From positions 31,651 through 95,650 of the forward strand of contig JAYSUD010000005.1 of the NCBI GenBank assembly GCA_043719295.1: 64,000 nt of DNA, written 5' to 3'. Source of the stretch: a bacterium. GTDB taxonomy: Bacteria; Patescibacteriota; Minisyncoccia; Phycocordibacterales; UBA918. Below the pieces are notes generated by a model. That model did not search any database. It worked only from the letters and a program-made list of their open reading frames with translations, and had not been told where the DNA came from. A program made the translations under genes and the position numbers. Below, one piece after another: positions 1 to 9,814 of the stretch (within the stretch, counting starts at the first letter, position 1; every line of letters starts with the position of its first letter).

Positions 1-165
1 CCGCATAAACCTGTATACAATGGTCTCACACTAAAAGAAAGCGTCAATAGAATTTGAATATCGTTATTTAGAGCCACCTCTGTGCATAACCTGTGTAAAA
101 GCACGTGTATAAGTATGGGTATACAAACAGGTATAACCGTATGGATAGCAAGACTTTTACAATCT

Positions 166-618
166 TTAAATAGTACGTGACGCTCGGGGATCGTTTTCCA
201 TTTGACTGAAATAGTTTCCATCTCTCATAGCATCTACAACTTTTGGAATATGTACAATTGTATCTTCCGGTAACTCTGTAAGCTTAACCCATGCAACTTC
301 GCTATACTTTTCTGGTTCTGCTAAGTATGGTTCACCTTCCCACTTTTCTGCAGTGAAGTACAAATTAATGTAGACATCATCAACCGCATGTACATGTACA
401 AATTTTAAATCATGAGCTTGTATAGTAACTCCCGCTTCTTCTTTAGCTTCTTTGATTGCAGCCTCAATTGGAGTCTCTCCTTTCTCCACGTGACCTGAAG
501 GGACAGTCCACATGCCATCTGCCCATCCAGTATTAGCACGTCGTAAAATAAAAGTCTTATCACCGCGGTGTAGAAGAACAAATGCAGCAACATGAAATGG
601 ATGGCGTGTATTAGTCAT
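166..618 (-). CDS. NUDIX hydrolase
   Basis: Nudix box GHVEKGETPIEAAIKEAKEEAGV in the 150-aa ORF. Confidence 0.7.
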   Translation of the reverse strand: MTNTRHPFHVAAFVLLHRGDKTFILRRANTGWADGMWTVPSGHVEKGETPIEAAIKEAKEEAGVTIQAHDLKFVHVHAVDDVYINLYFTAEKWEGEPYLAEPEKYSEVAWVKLTELPEDTIVHIPKVVDAMRDGNYFSQMENDPRASRTI

Positions 619-913
619 AATTATATTTGCGACGAAGTGATAAAACTAATAATCCATATTTCTCAATATCTTCTTTGGGCCAAAACTTTTCAGCTTCTTT
701 AGTATTAATGTGTTGCAAGATTTCAGTCTCAAGTTCCCGACCTGTTAATTCTGATGTGCCATCTTTTTGCTCTTTAAGTACCAGAGTATCTCCTGCCTCA
801 TAGTCAAAGTCAGCAAGTCGAATCTCGTATCGTTTTTGACCGTTAAGTATTGACTCAAAGTATTTTGATTGCACTTTCTTTTCTATACGTTTCATATCAA
901 CGTACGATATCAC
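611..913 (-). CDS. small ASCH/PUA-like domain protein (hypothetical)
   Basis: 100-aa ORF overlapping the downstream NUDIX gene by 8 bp; weak resemblance to the ASCH-like fold; the true start may be an internal Met. Confidence 0.35.
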   Translation of the reverse strand: MISYVDMKRIEKKVQSKYFESILNGQKRYEIRLADFDYEAGDTLVLKEQKDGTSELTGRELETEILQHINTKEAEKFWPKEDIEKYGLLVLSLRRKYNYD

Positions 914-949
914 AAAAAAGTTTTATAGAAAATGACTATGCGTTACTCC

Positions 950-1711
950 CTAAATCGTAAAAAACGAACCGATGAAAAAAGCGATAAACGCTGCAGCACC
1001 ACCTACTACCAGTACTTCAAATAATGAAGAGCGAAGACTTGATCCTACAACTCTCCACTTAAGTATTCCAAGCAGAATCAAAGCAAGAAATGTCCCACAT
1101 ACCGAATACACAAAAACAGTAGAAGATGATGCTGTTGACGCAACTAAAAATGGCAATAGAGGGATTGAACCGAAGATAAGAAATGATGTAAATGTTGCAA
1201 GTCCAGTGAGCATTGGGTTGTCACCTCTTGGGTCAGACATCTCTAGTTCATGCGTCATCATAAAATCAACCCAATACGTTTCATTTTTCTTGTAGAGTGT
1301 TGCAAGTGTATGTGCATCTTCTTCACTGTATCCTTTGCCAACTAAAATTGTTATCGTCTCTTGGAACTCCATATCAGTATGATTTTGAACTTCTTGGATT
1401 TCCTTCTCTCGTGCTGAAGCGTATAAGTCTTGCTCGGATTTTACTGATAAGAAATTACCAAGCCCCATTGATACTCCGTCTGCAAACAAGTTTGCTAAAC
1501 CAAAAAGAAGTACAACTAAAAACGATAGTTGCGTTGTTGCTTCATTTGAAAATGCTGCACCTGAGAAACCGGCAACTACTGCAAACGTGGTAATGATGCC
1601 ATCAATGCCCCCGTAGATTACTTCTTTAAAGTAATTTTCAAACGGTGAATGGTAGTGCTCATGGTGCAGATGATTTTTAAGATCTTTTTCGCGTTCTAGT
1701 TGGTTTTTCAT
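950..1711 (-). CDS. VIT1/CCC1-family iron/manganese transporter
   Basis: N-terminal His/Glu-rich cytosolic segment, GGIDGIITTFAVVAG motif and C-terminal TM helices typical of the VIT family. Confidence 0.65.
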   Translation of the reverse strand: MKNQLEREKDLKNHLHHEHYHSPFENYFKEVIYGGIDGIITTFAVVAGFSGAAFSNEATTQLSFLVVLLFGLANLFADGVSMGLGNFLSVKSEQDLYASAREKEIQEVQNHTDMEFQETITILVGKGYSEEDAHTLATLYKKNETYWVDFMMTHELEMSDPRGDNPMLTGLATFTSFLIFGSIPLLPFLVASTASSSTVFVYSVCGTFLALILLGILKWRVVGSSLRSSLFEVLVVGGAAAFIAFFIGSFFTI

Positions 1712-1951
1712 GAAAGTATCGTAACATGCTGTTACTTGTTGTTCAGCATAAATTCACCTATAAAACATCATTTATGACTCATATCCACTCGAGATACTGA
1801 TACATACTAATCTATTCGGACTAGAAAACTGACTCATTTATGTTTATACTAGTTCTTGCCAGAGGTCTTACTACTCACTTCGAGGTATCGACATACCGGC
1901 AGTATCACTACAAATGAAGCGTAAATATTAATTTTTAATTTTGAGAACCAT

Positions 1952-2668
1952 ATGGAACCAGAACAAAAAAAAGCTGAAGACCAAGTGACTGAAGTTATTC
2001 ATGATGTTGAAGCTACAGTACCCGCTGTTGAGCCAGAAGTTAAAACAGTACCAGTAGCGCCTGCATATGTAAAAATCCCTGTAGCGACTATGAAGCGATA
2101 CGCGGTTGCGTTTTGTCTAGGTCTCTTGTTAGTTGTGCTGGCGTTTCTTTTTTCAAAAGGATACTTTATTGCAGCAACAGTAAATGGATCACCGGTGAGT
2201 CGCTTTGCAATAATTAGTGCACTTGAAAAACAAGGAGGTAAAGAAACACTCCAAGCAATCATCAACGAGCGCTTAGTTAAAGCTGAAATTAAAAAAAGTA
2301 ACGTCACACTTGAAGCAGGTGCTGTTGATGCACGTGTTGCACTCATTGAAGAACAAGTTAAGGGCCAAGGAGGAACACTTGCTGAAGCCCTAACTGCTGA
2401 AGGAATGACACTTACACAACTTACTGAACAAATTGAAACTCAATTGTTACTTGAAAAGGTACTTGAGGAGAAACTCAAAGTTACCGATGAAGAAGTTGCA
2501 ACATTTGTAACAGAAAACAGTATCCCTACACCTACTGAAGCTGAGAAAGAAGCGTTCGATGCAAAAGTACGAGAACAACTCAAACAACAAAAGTTTCAAG
2601 AAGAATCCCAAAAATGGATTGCTGAAGTAACTGCAGCTGCAAAGATTAAGTACTACGTGACATATTAG
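1952..2668 (+). CDS. SurA N-terminal-domain-like periplasmic chaperone (PpiD/PrsA-like, no obvious PPIase domain)
   Basis: N-terminal TM anchor after an acidic leader, then a helical SurA_N-like segment (INERLVKAEIKK...). Confidence 0.45.
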   Translation: MEPEQKKAEDQVTEVIHDVEATVPAVEPEVKTVPVAPAYVKIPVATMKRYAVAFCLGLLLVVLAFLFSKGYFIAATVNGSPVSRFAIISALEKQGGKETLQAIINERLVKAEIKKSNVTLEAGAVDARVALIEEQVKGQGGTLAEALTAEGMTLTQLTEQIETQLLLEKVLEEKLKVTDEEVATFVTENSIPTPTEAEKEAFDAKVREQLKQQKFQEESQKWIAEVTAAAKIKYYVTY

Positions 2669-2829
2669 GTGAACAGAATATATACAACAAACCCTACAAG
2701 TAACATTGTCGGGTTTTTGTTTTAAAGTCATAAAAAAACATGTTTCCAGACTACTTGCTCGTTGGATTTTTATTGAAAAGATATTGCGATATCTTTGGAT
2801 ATATTCCTCTGTGGTCACGAGTTACTAAC

Positions 2830-3006
2830 TATAATTGTTCGCTCCGCTCCAATTCTAGTAAGTACTCTCGACCCCGACTCGACTGTTTTCTCCTCTGGGG
2901 AGCAGGAGAAAACATGTCTCCGTCCATCACATCGACCCGTAAGTGACGCAGGTCACTTACTAGAACAGAAAGCACCCCTTCTTAAGAAGGGGTGCTTTCT
3001 GTTCTG
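2830..3006 (+). ncRNA. candidate small RNA (paralog A): TATAAT promoter, conserved 5' leader, covarying hairpin, terminator
   Basis: TATAAT at 2830-2835; GTTCGCTCCGCTCCAATTC leader; hairpin GTTTTCTCCT/AGGAGAAAAC masks an SD followed by ATG at 2914; second hairpin gtaagtgac/gtcacttac; long palindromic terminator 2963-3006; paralog at 32805-32975. Confidence 0.5.
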
Positions 3007-3121
3007 TCGATGTGAGCCTTCAGCTGATAGAACTCATCAAGTTTATTGTCCCGCAACGTTATTTTTTACTAAGTAACGAGAAATATTGACGACCCTTCTC
3101 GTGCCTCTGTTGCTAAATAAA

Positions 3122-3601
3122 TTAGCTGATTTCTTTAATACTAATACATATACCAAACTCGTCAGTGGTTCCTTCAATTGAGACGTCATATGATTCAGTG
3201 TAATCAATTCTTATGGGTGTATGTGACCAAATATCAATAAGAATTTCGTTTATTTTTTTCTGTATCCTTTCATCTAAAGGATAAAAGTTAGAAATACCTT
3301 CATCTCCCAGCAGAGTCTTAAGTTGGTTATGAAAGTCTGTGAATGAACCGTTAAACATGACGGTATTTCCAAAACCTGCATGAAACTTTTTTAATTCATC
3401 AGTAATAATTTTTGGTGCCTTTGAAATTTTTGTATGTAAAGTTAAATTACAGTAGAAGTTTAAGATACTATATTTTTCGGGATGGTTTCTTAATTCAAGG
3501 ATTTTCCTGACCCTTGAAAGTATATAAACAATATCTTCTTCAGTTACAGGAATGGACTTAAGTTTTTCGAGTAATTTATCTTTTATTTCTTTTTCACCCA
3601 T
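3122..3601 (-). CDS. hypothetical protein
   Basis: 159-aa ORF; its promoter region carries the GTGACA-N4-GTGACA direct repeat (3622-3638). Confidence 0.5.
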   Translation of the reverse strand: MGEKEIKDKLLEKLKSIPVTEEDIVYILSRVRKILELRNHPEKYSILNFYCNLTLHTKISKAPKIITDELKKFHAGFGNTVMFNGSFTDFHNQLKTLLGDEGISNFYPLDERIQKKINEILIDIWSHTPIRIDYTESYDVSIEGTTDEFGICISIKEIS

Positions 3602-3684
3602 AATGCTATTTTACAGCAAAAAGTGACAAAAGTGACACTTCTTCAAAAACTGGCAATTTTTCAAAAAAAGAGTAGATTTCCATT

Positions 3685-3999
3685 ATGTCAGGAGGACTCA
3701 AGGCGTTGGGAGTTGTTGGAGCAGGAGCATTACTAGCCCTTGGTATTTCAGCGTCTGAGCCTTCGCCTTCAATAACTAATACGCCCACTTCTGCAGTGAC
3801 TACAAGACCAGATATAAGCAAAACCAAGCCTGCGTCCACCTGTCACCCCAGTTATTCAGGCTGTCTTAAAATGAATGCCGGAGATTATGATTGTGCAAGT
3901 GGTTCAGGAAATGGACCTAACTATACAGGCTCAGTACAAGTCAAAGGTTCTGATCCTTTTGACCTAGATCGTGATAATGATGGATGGGGGTGCGAATAG
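3685..3999 (+). CDS. secreted Excalibur calcium-binding domain protein
   Basis: signal-peptide-like N-terminus; C-terminal DLDRDNDGWGCE matches the Excalibur DxDxDGxxCE signature. Confidence 0.7.
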   Translation: MSGGLKALGVVGAGALLALGISASEPSPSITNTPTSAVTTRPDISKTKPASTCHPSYSGCLKMNAGDYDCASGSGNGPNYTGSVQVKGSDPFDLDRDNDGWGCE

Positions 4000-4070
4000 G
4001 TCAAAATATCTCATGTTATAATGAGGAAAATAAGTATTTAACAAAAAGAGTCGATTTATAAATTTTATAT

Positions 4071-5042
4071 ATGACTAAAGATAGCTACATAAAAATTGGT
4101 CTAGTCCTGATAATTTTGATTGGTGTTCTATTTATCTACTTTTCTAAAGATAAAATTGAACACCTTGAACCACCACTATTGAAAGCAAGTTCTGTTTACG
4201 TAGGTAAAGAAGTCACTCTTTCTGGTGTTGCGTACCCAAATTCTCGAATAGCTGTTTATGTAAATGATTCTTTTGTTGATGAGTTTCAAGTATCTGATAA
4301 GGGACAATTTGAAAATAAGATTCAGTTAAGTACCGAAGGTGAAGTAAAAATAAAAGCTAAACAGCTATTCAAAAATTTAACAAGCGATTTTAGCGATTTA
4401 CTTTCTGTTCAAGTTGATTTAACTCCTCCTGATAAAAATTCACTTAAACTTACATCTGGTATTGCCGAAAAAACTCAGGAACAATTCCTCGAAATTAAGG
4501 GAAGCGTAAACCCTGGTGAGATACTTCAAGTTGGGACGAGTAATATCAACGTCAATCCCGATGGTTCATTTGAAGATAAAATTAAATTAGTTGAAGGATT
4601 AAATACGCTCGAATTTATTATTAAAGATAAAGTAGGAAATTCAGTGGTATCAAAAAATCAACAAATTTATGTAGATTCAATAGCTCCAAAAATTGTTACA
4701 AGTAGTTTTGAGTGTAGGTATAAAGATACTGACACGCTATCAACGCAAGAGAAAGTGTGTATAGAAATAGGTGATTGGTCAGGTTACTTAGACTCTTACA
4801 ACTCGTTACCAATCGTAGGTTCTGTAACAGGACAGATTAAATCTATTAGTGTGAATGAAAAAAGTGTGGAGTGGGATGAAAATAACGAGATATACCAAAG
4901 ACTTAATTTATATCTAAGCGGTGGTATTAATAAGTATAAAGTCATAGTCGAGGATATTTCAGGAAATGTATCTTCAGCATATATTGAAACAAGTGCTGAG
5001 CGGACTCAAGACACTATAAATCTAAACATTGATGATTATTAG
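4071..5042 (+). CDS. membrane-anchored protein with Ig-like beta repeats
   Basis: N-terminal TM helix followed by repeated beta-rich ~90-aa segments. Confidence 0.45.
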   Translation: MTKDSYIKIGLVLIILIGVLFIYFSKDKIEHLEPPLLKASSVYVGKEVTLSGVAYPNSRIAVYVNDSFVDEFQVSDKGQFENKIQLSTEGEVKIKAKQLFKNLTSDFSDLLSVQVDLTPPDKNSLKLTSGIAEKTQEQFLEIKGSVNPGEILQVGTSNINVNPDGSFEDKIKLVEGLNTLEFIIKDKVGNSVVSKNQQIYVDSIAPKIVTSSFECRYKDTDTLSTQEKVCIEIGDWSGYLDSYNSLPIVGSVTGQIKSISVNEKSVEWDENNEIYQRLNLYLSGGINKYKVIVEDISGNVSSAYIETSAERTQDTINLNIDDY

Positions 5043-5165
5043 TCTTTTTACAGAGCAAGGAAGGAAATGTGACAAAAGTGACACTTTTTAGCAGTAATAG
5101 TTACACGGGTCTGTAACTATTAAAACAAAATATCTCCTATATTGATAGGTTATAATATAGGGTAT

Positions 5166-5714
5166 ATGGTGGTCAAATCTACAAAAAACAACCTCCTCAC
5201 TATAAGCTCAAAAAACTTGAGTGATTTTTTGCACATTAGAGACGAAGTTGAATCGTATCTTAAACAAACACTGAAATTCTTTCCGCTTGATGAATTGATT
5301 GATAGCTATAAAAAAGCTGTTGCAAGTGCAGAGCTAATTAATAGACCAACATTTTATATTGAACCAATGTCCTTAGTTCAGACATTTGGTCCAAATGTGG
5401 TGGTGTCTCTATGTCTAGATATTAAACATCATGAACTTTATGAGTATGACAATCACAAGCACAGTCACTGTTTCAGTATAAAGGCTGACCAACAATTTAA
5501 ACTCCTCTACAAAATTTGTGAATCGAATGATGTTTATATACCTACTTCTGAACTAATGAAAGTTGCGGGTTATCGTAGTGTCGCATCTACTTACAAAGCA
5601 ATTGAGAAAATTAATAGTGTCGGGTATCAAATTGGTCTACCAGAGAGGTTATTGATTGGTTCTGAAGGTCAAGGTTATCGAATAAATCAAAATTACACTG
5701 TTACGGTCATCTAA
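5166..5714 (+). CDS. hypothetical protein, possible winged-helix DNA-binding C-terminus
   Basis: C-terminal ...SVGYQIGLPERLLIGSEGQGYRI resembles an OmpR-type wing; GTGACA direct repeat about 80 bp upstream; track start 5142 sits inside a promoter-like AT box, so the Met at 5166 is preferred. Confidence 0.4.
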   Translation: MVVKSTKNNLLTISSKNLSDFLHIRDEVESYLKQTLKFFPLDELIDSYKKAVASAELINRPTFYIEPMSLVQTFGPNVVVSLCLDIKHHELYEYDNHKHSHCFSIKADQQFKLLYKICESNDVYIPTSELMKVAGYRSVASTYKAIEKINSVGYQIGLPERLLIGSEGQGYRINQNYTVTVI

Positions 5715-5847
5715 ACTCTAGCTGGAGTGGAAAACCTCGCAAAAAGCGAGGTTTTCTTTTGCGTGTTCATAGCTGGACTCCAGCTGGAGTTGTTTAAATT
5801 AAGGTGTCTTAACCAGACAATATAGATATACCAGTAAAAATATATCT

Positions 5848-7113
5848 ATGGAAAAACTAGCTTGGACTACAGAAAAACGAAGTGTAATTGAACTCATACC
5901 ATACGAGAAAAACCCTCGAAAAATTAGTGAATACCAACTCAATAATCTAAAGAGGAGTTTTGAGAAATTTAATTTGGTAGAAATACCAGCTGTAGATTTA
6001 GATGGGAAAATAATCGCTGGGCACCAACGCTTAAAGGTAATGAAGTTACTTGGTCGTGAGAACGAAATTATTGACGTACGTGTTCCTAATCGTATATTGA
6101 CTGATGAAGAATACGAACAGTATTTACTCACCTCAAATGCAGTTACTGGTGAGTGGGATTTTGAACTACTGAAAGAATTTGAATTTGAGTTGTTGCAAGA
6201 TATAGGTTTTGACCAAAAAGTACTCGATGACATATGGGACACAACAGAAATAACTGAAAAAGAAAAAGTTACTGATGGTGGTGATATTAGTGTAGAAATA
6301 CAGACCAAGGTTGGTGACCTTATACAGCTCGGCAACCATAGACTGATATGTGGTGACTGTACTAACCTTGGTGTACTAAAAATACTTTGTGGCGATGAGC
6401 GATTGGATATGATTGCTAGTGACCCACCATATAATATTGACCTAGATTATAACGCTGGCATTGGTGGGAATCAGTCGTACGGTGGCAATGTAATTGATAA
6501 ACGAACCGATGAAGAGTATATAGATTTCCTACGCTCTAGTATGAAAGCGGCATTGTCAGTTGCAAAGCCAGATACACATGTTTTCTATTGGAATACTGAA
6601 CAGCACATCTGGATTTTACAGACACTATACCGAGAGCTTGGTATTGAAAACAAGAGGGTTTGTCTATGGATTAAAAATGGACACAATCCAACACCAGGTG
6701 TTGCTTTTAACAAATGCTATGAACCGTGTGTATATGGTACTAGGGGTAAGCCATTCCTGTCAGAGCATAATGAATATACTGAGATATTAAATACTGATAT
6801 AGAGAATGGAAATAAAGGCTTTAGCACCATAAATGTATGGCTTGAAAAACGTCTACCCTCAGCTGAGTATGAACACGCCACTGCCAAACCTGCTTCACTG
6901 CACGAAAGAGCAATTAAACGCTGTACACGAGCAAATGACATCATACTAGATTCATTTGGTGGATCTGGTAGCACACTCATTGCCGCTGAACAACTACATC
7001 GAAGAGCATTTCTGGTAGAGCTTGAACCTAGATTTTGTGACCTTATTTGCCAAAACTTTGAATCACTCACAGGCAAGAAACGTAAGTTAATCGGTAATTA
7101 TGCGAAAGTCTAA
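5848..7113 (+). CDS. ParB-like nuclease domain fused to an N6-adenine/N4-cytosine DNA methyltransferase (phage-type orphan MTase)
   Basis: N-terminal ParB/Srx-like region; DPPY motif (IASDPPYNIDLD); C-terminal FGGSGST AdoMet motif (beta-class order). Confidence 0.75.
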   Translation: MEKLAWTTEKRSVIELIPYEKNPRKISEYQLNNLKRSFEKFNLVEIPAVDLDGKIIAGHQRLKVMKLLGRENEIIDVRVPNRILTDEEYEQYLLTSNAVTGEWDFELLKEFEFELLQDIGFDQKVLDDIWDTTEITEKEKVTDGGDISVEIQTKVGDLIQLGNHRLICGDCTNLGVLKILCGDERLDMIASDPPYNIDLDYNAGIGGNQSYGGNVIDKRTDEEYIDFLRSSMKAALSVAKPDTHVFYWNTEQHIWILQTLYRELGIENKRVCLWIKNGHNPTPGVAFNKCYEPCVYGTRGKPFLSEHNEYTEILNTDIENGNKGFSTINVWLEKRLPSAEYEHATAKPASLHERAIKRCTRANDIILDSFGGSGSTLIAAEQLHRRAFLVELEPRFCDLICQNFESLTGKKRKLIGNYAKV

Positions 7114-7498
7114 AAAATTACTTAAGCAAATTATTGCTGAGCTTGAAAAAATGCCAAACAAGTCATATGTCTGTCAGAAGTTGGGTATCTCACGTCAAAC
7201 TCTTTACCGTTGGATAGAGGATGACCTTGATTTTTCTGATGGGGTTGAATTGGCTATTCGTATAGGCAACGAATCAATGAGTGACTTAGCTGAAAGTAAA
7301 CTTGTTGAAATGGTTAAAGAAGGTGATTTTAGGGCAGTCAGATATTTGCTTGATAACAAACACAAAGACTATAAACGACCTAGACTTCCAAATTGGCATC
7401 AGCAGGAAGACAAAAGACCGTCAGACAACAAAATTATGTTTGTAGATTTTGGGGGCGGTTCAGATCTAGAAGATGATCCTGGTTTTTCTATTTCATAG
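7100..7498 (+). CDS. phage terminase small-subunit-like HTH protein
   Basis: KLGISRQTLYRWIEDD HTH, then ...LVEMVKEGDFRAVRYLLDNKHKDYK as in the TerS family; overlaps the MTase stop. Confidence 0.55.
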   Translation: MRKSKKLLKQIIAELEKMPNKSYVCQKLGISRQTLYRWIEDDLDFSDGVELAIRIGNESMSDLAESKLVEMVKEGDFRAVRYLLDNKHKDYKRPRLPNWHQQEDKRPSDNKIMFVDFGGGSDLEDDPGFSIS

Positions 7499-7538
7499 AA
7501 AATTGAGGGATCTATCTTGATTGCAAAACTAAATTTGA

Positions 7539-8114
7539 CTAACGGACAATGTCTATAATAACCTCGCCACCAGTCCAAAGACCTCCATTAAACTGAAATT
7601 GTAGTCCAGTCGAATCTTTTGGAATCTCAAATCCTACCCACCCCGTCCGCTTACTATTAGCAATGATGGCTCCGTCAAGACGATTACTCATATTTTCCAT
7701 TGATTTTCCTGTAACTGCTACTTGATAGCTGTTACCTTCAGCGTCTCTGATAAACATCTGACCCAGAGTGGTGACATACTGTTGTGATGAATCTTTATTC
7801 TCAATAGTAATATTTAAATCAATCCATTCATTACCTTCACTTGGCTTATTATATTGACCAGCTTTTGAAAATGTAACTTCATTTACTGTAATAACTGATT
7901 TACCCAACTGAACACTTTCTCCAACTTTATAAGTAGTTCGTTTTTCTTCTTTAGTTTCACTTTCACTTATTTCACTAGTACCGTTTGTATTAACTGCTTG
8001 TGGTTTAGGTGTACTGTCTCCTGATCCGATAATGATAAGTACGATAATTGTGACCGCCCACACCCACTTTCTTTTATAAAACGGCTTCTTAGCTACTGGT
8101 ATATTTGTTTCCAT
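7539..8114 (-). CDS. DUF4352-family membrane-anchored protein
   Basis: TM helix then a beta domain with YKVGESVQLGKSVITVNEV... typical of DUF4352; track ORF (to 8219) runs upstream into a repeat region, internal Met at 8114 preferred. Confidence 0.55.
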   Translation of the reverse strand: METNIPVAKKPFYKRKWVWAVTIIVLIIIGSGDSTPKPQAVNTNGTSEISESETKEEKRTTYKVGESVQLGKSVITVNEVTFSKAGQYNKPSEGNEWIDLNITIENKDSSQQYVTTLGQMFIRDAEGNSYQVAVTGKSMENMSNRLDGAIIANSKRTGWVGFEIPKDSTGLQFQFNGGLWTGGEVIIDIVR

Positions 8115-8453
8115 AATTAATGCTTGATAGGACTTAATAATTCGTGGCGGATATACAAAAAGCCCGCCACGGGTAGAGGGCGAACCCTCTCGTACCAGTT
8201 TCCCGATACGGCCTATCAAGCAACCCCATGACGGGTTTTTTATGCTTGATAGGACTTTTCACCATGCTCCAGATATTCTCTGAAGTTTAGGCTACTTCTA
8301 AATATTCGATTCTACGAGAACAATAATAGCAGATTTTACTGCCTATTTCACTCTATCGCATGTTTGTTCTTTTGCTAAGGCTCAAACACGAGTATGTGAT
8401 GAATATGAAGTTCTGCATAGACTATGCATCATAAATGGTTCTGTCATTAATTA

Positions 8454-9776
8454 ATGATGGAAACGAACGCAATTGGGCGTATACCCAGCAATATCTCAAT
8501 CACCGAGACCCGTATCAGATATTGCCTATATGCTCGAAAATCGACTGAATCAGACGAACAGCAAGCATTATCTATAGATTCTCAAGTAAAGGAAATGGGT
8601 GCTATTGCAGAGCGTTTAAACCTCAATGTTGTCAGTATTAAAAGAGAGTCTCATTCAGCAAAGGAATCGGGACAACGTCCTGTTTTCAAAGAACTACTTG
8701 AAGAAGTCAGAAAAGGAACGTATGACGGTATTCTCACATGGGCGGCAGACCGACTGAGTAGAAATGCTGGGGATCTAGGTTCGCTCGTAGATTTAATGGA
8801 TCAGAAGCGGCTTATCCATATTCAGACCTATGGACAGACCTTTTCTAATTCGCCAAACGAAAAGTTTCTCTTGATGATTCTGTGTTCACAAGCAAAACTT
8901 GAGAACGACAACAAAAGTCAAAACGTGAAGCGAGGGTTACGGGCGAGAGTAGAAATGGGTTTATGGCCGTGTAGACCGCCAACTGGGTACAGTAAGTATA
9001 AACGAATGGATCAAAAGTGTGAGTCAGTTATAGATATCGAACGTGCACCGATCATTAAACAAATGTTTGAGAAAGTTGGTAACGACGGCTGGAGTGGAAG
9101 AAAGCTCTATCATTGGCTAAAAGACGATATTAATTTCAAAACTGAGAATAATATGCACTTAAGTCTTGGTAACTTATATCGAATACTTTCAAACCATTTC
9201 TACTATGGGAGGTTTGAATTCCCAAAACAATCTGGACTTTGGTACAACGGAGCGCATGAACCTCTTATTTCCAAAGAGCTTTTTGATTTAGTTCAGTCCC
9301 GTATTAAAAGTCAGATACTTGAGCCACGTTCTGCTCATAAAGAATTTGCGTTTACAAAAATCATGTCCTGTGGACTGTGTGGTTCTGGTATTACCGCAGA
9401 CGAAAAATTTAAGCATCAAATGAACGGTAATACTCACCGTTATGTCTACTATAAATGTACCCGTACCAAAGACAGTAACTGCTCATGTGGTTTTATCAAT
9501 GAAGATGATCTAATTATTCAACTTCAAGACCTAATGAATGACCTTGATATACAAATAGTTCCGATGAGAGAGCAGATCGCTAACGATTTGAGGAAATTCA
9601 AGAAGTTTGAACAAATGATACTCGGTACTAAAACACCAGTAGTAGTGAAAGATATTGATATTCGTAATTACGCCAAATTTATTCTTCAAGAGGGTGATAT
9701 TGAAGAAAAACGTGTTTTTCTAGGGTGCTTAAAAAATAAAATAATCTTAGAAAATAAAAGAATATGTCTAGCATAG
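8454..9776 (+). mobile_element. large serine recombinase (integrase)
   Basis: N-terminal resolvase catalytic domain (YARKSTESDEQ...DSQ...RLSRN), recombinase domain and C-terminal Cys-rich zinc ribbon (CGLCGS...YYKC). Confidence 0.8.
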
Positions 9777-9814
9777 GGTTCTACTTTTACTCTTCGTAAT
9801 AAATTTTGTCGTAT

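Noticed and set aside
2830-3006. SRP (4.5S) RNA or leader-peptide attenuator as the identity of the sRNA family
   Set aside because: The GGAAGAGCAG resemblance to SRP domain IV is not conserved between copies beyond the SD-like AGGAG. Downstream conservation is out of frame between paralogs, so a conserved peptide is unlikely. Left as an unclassified sRNA.
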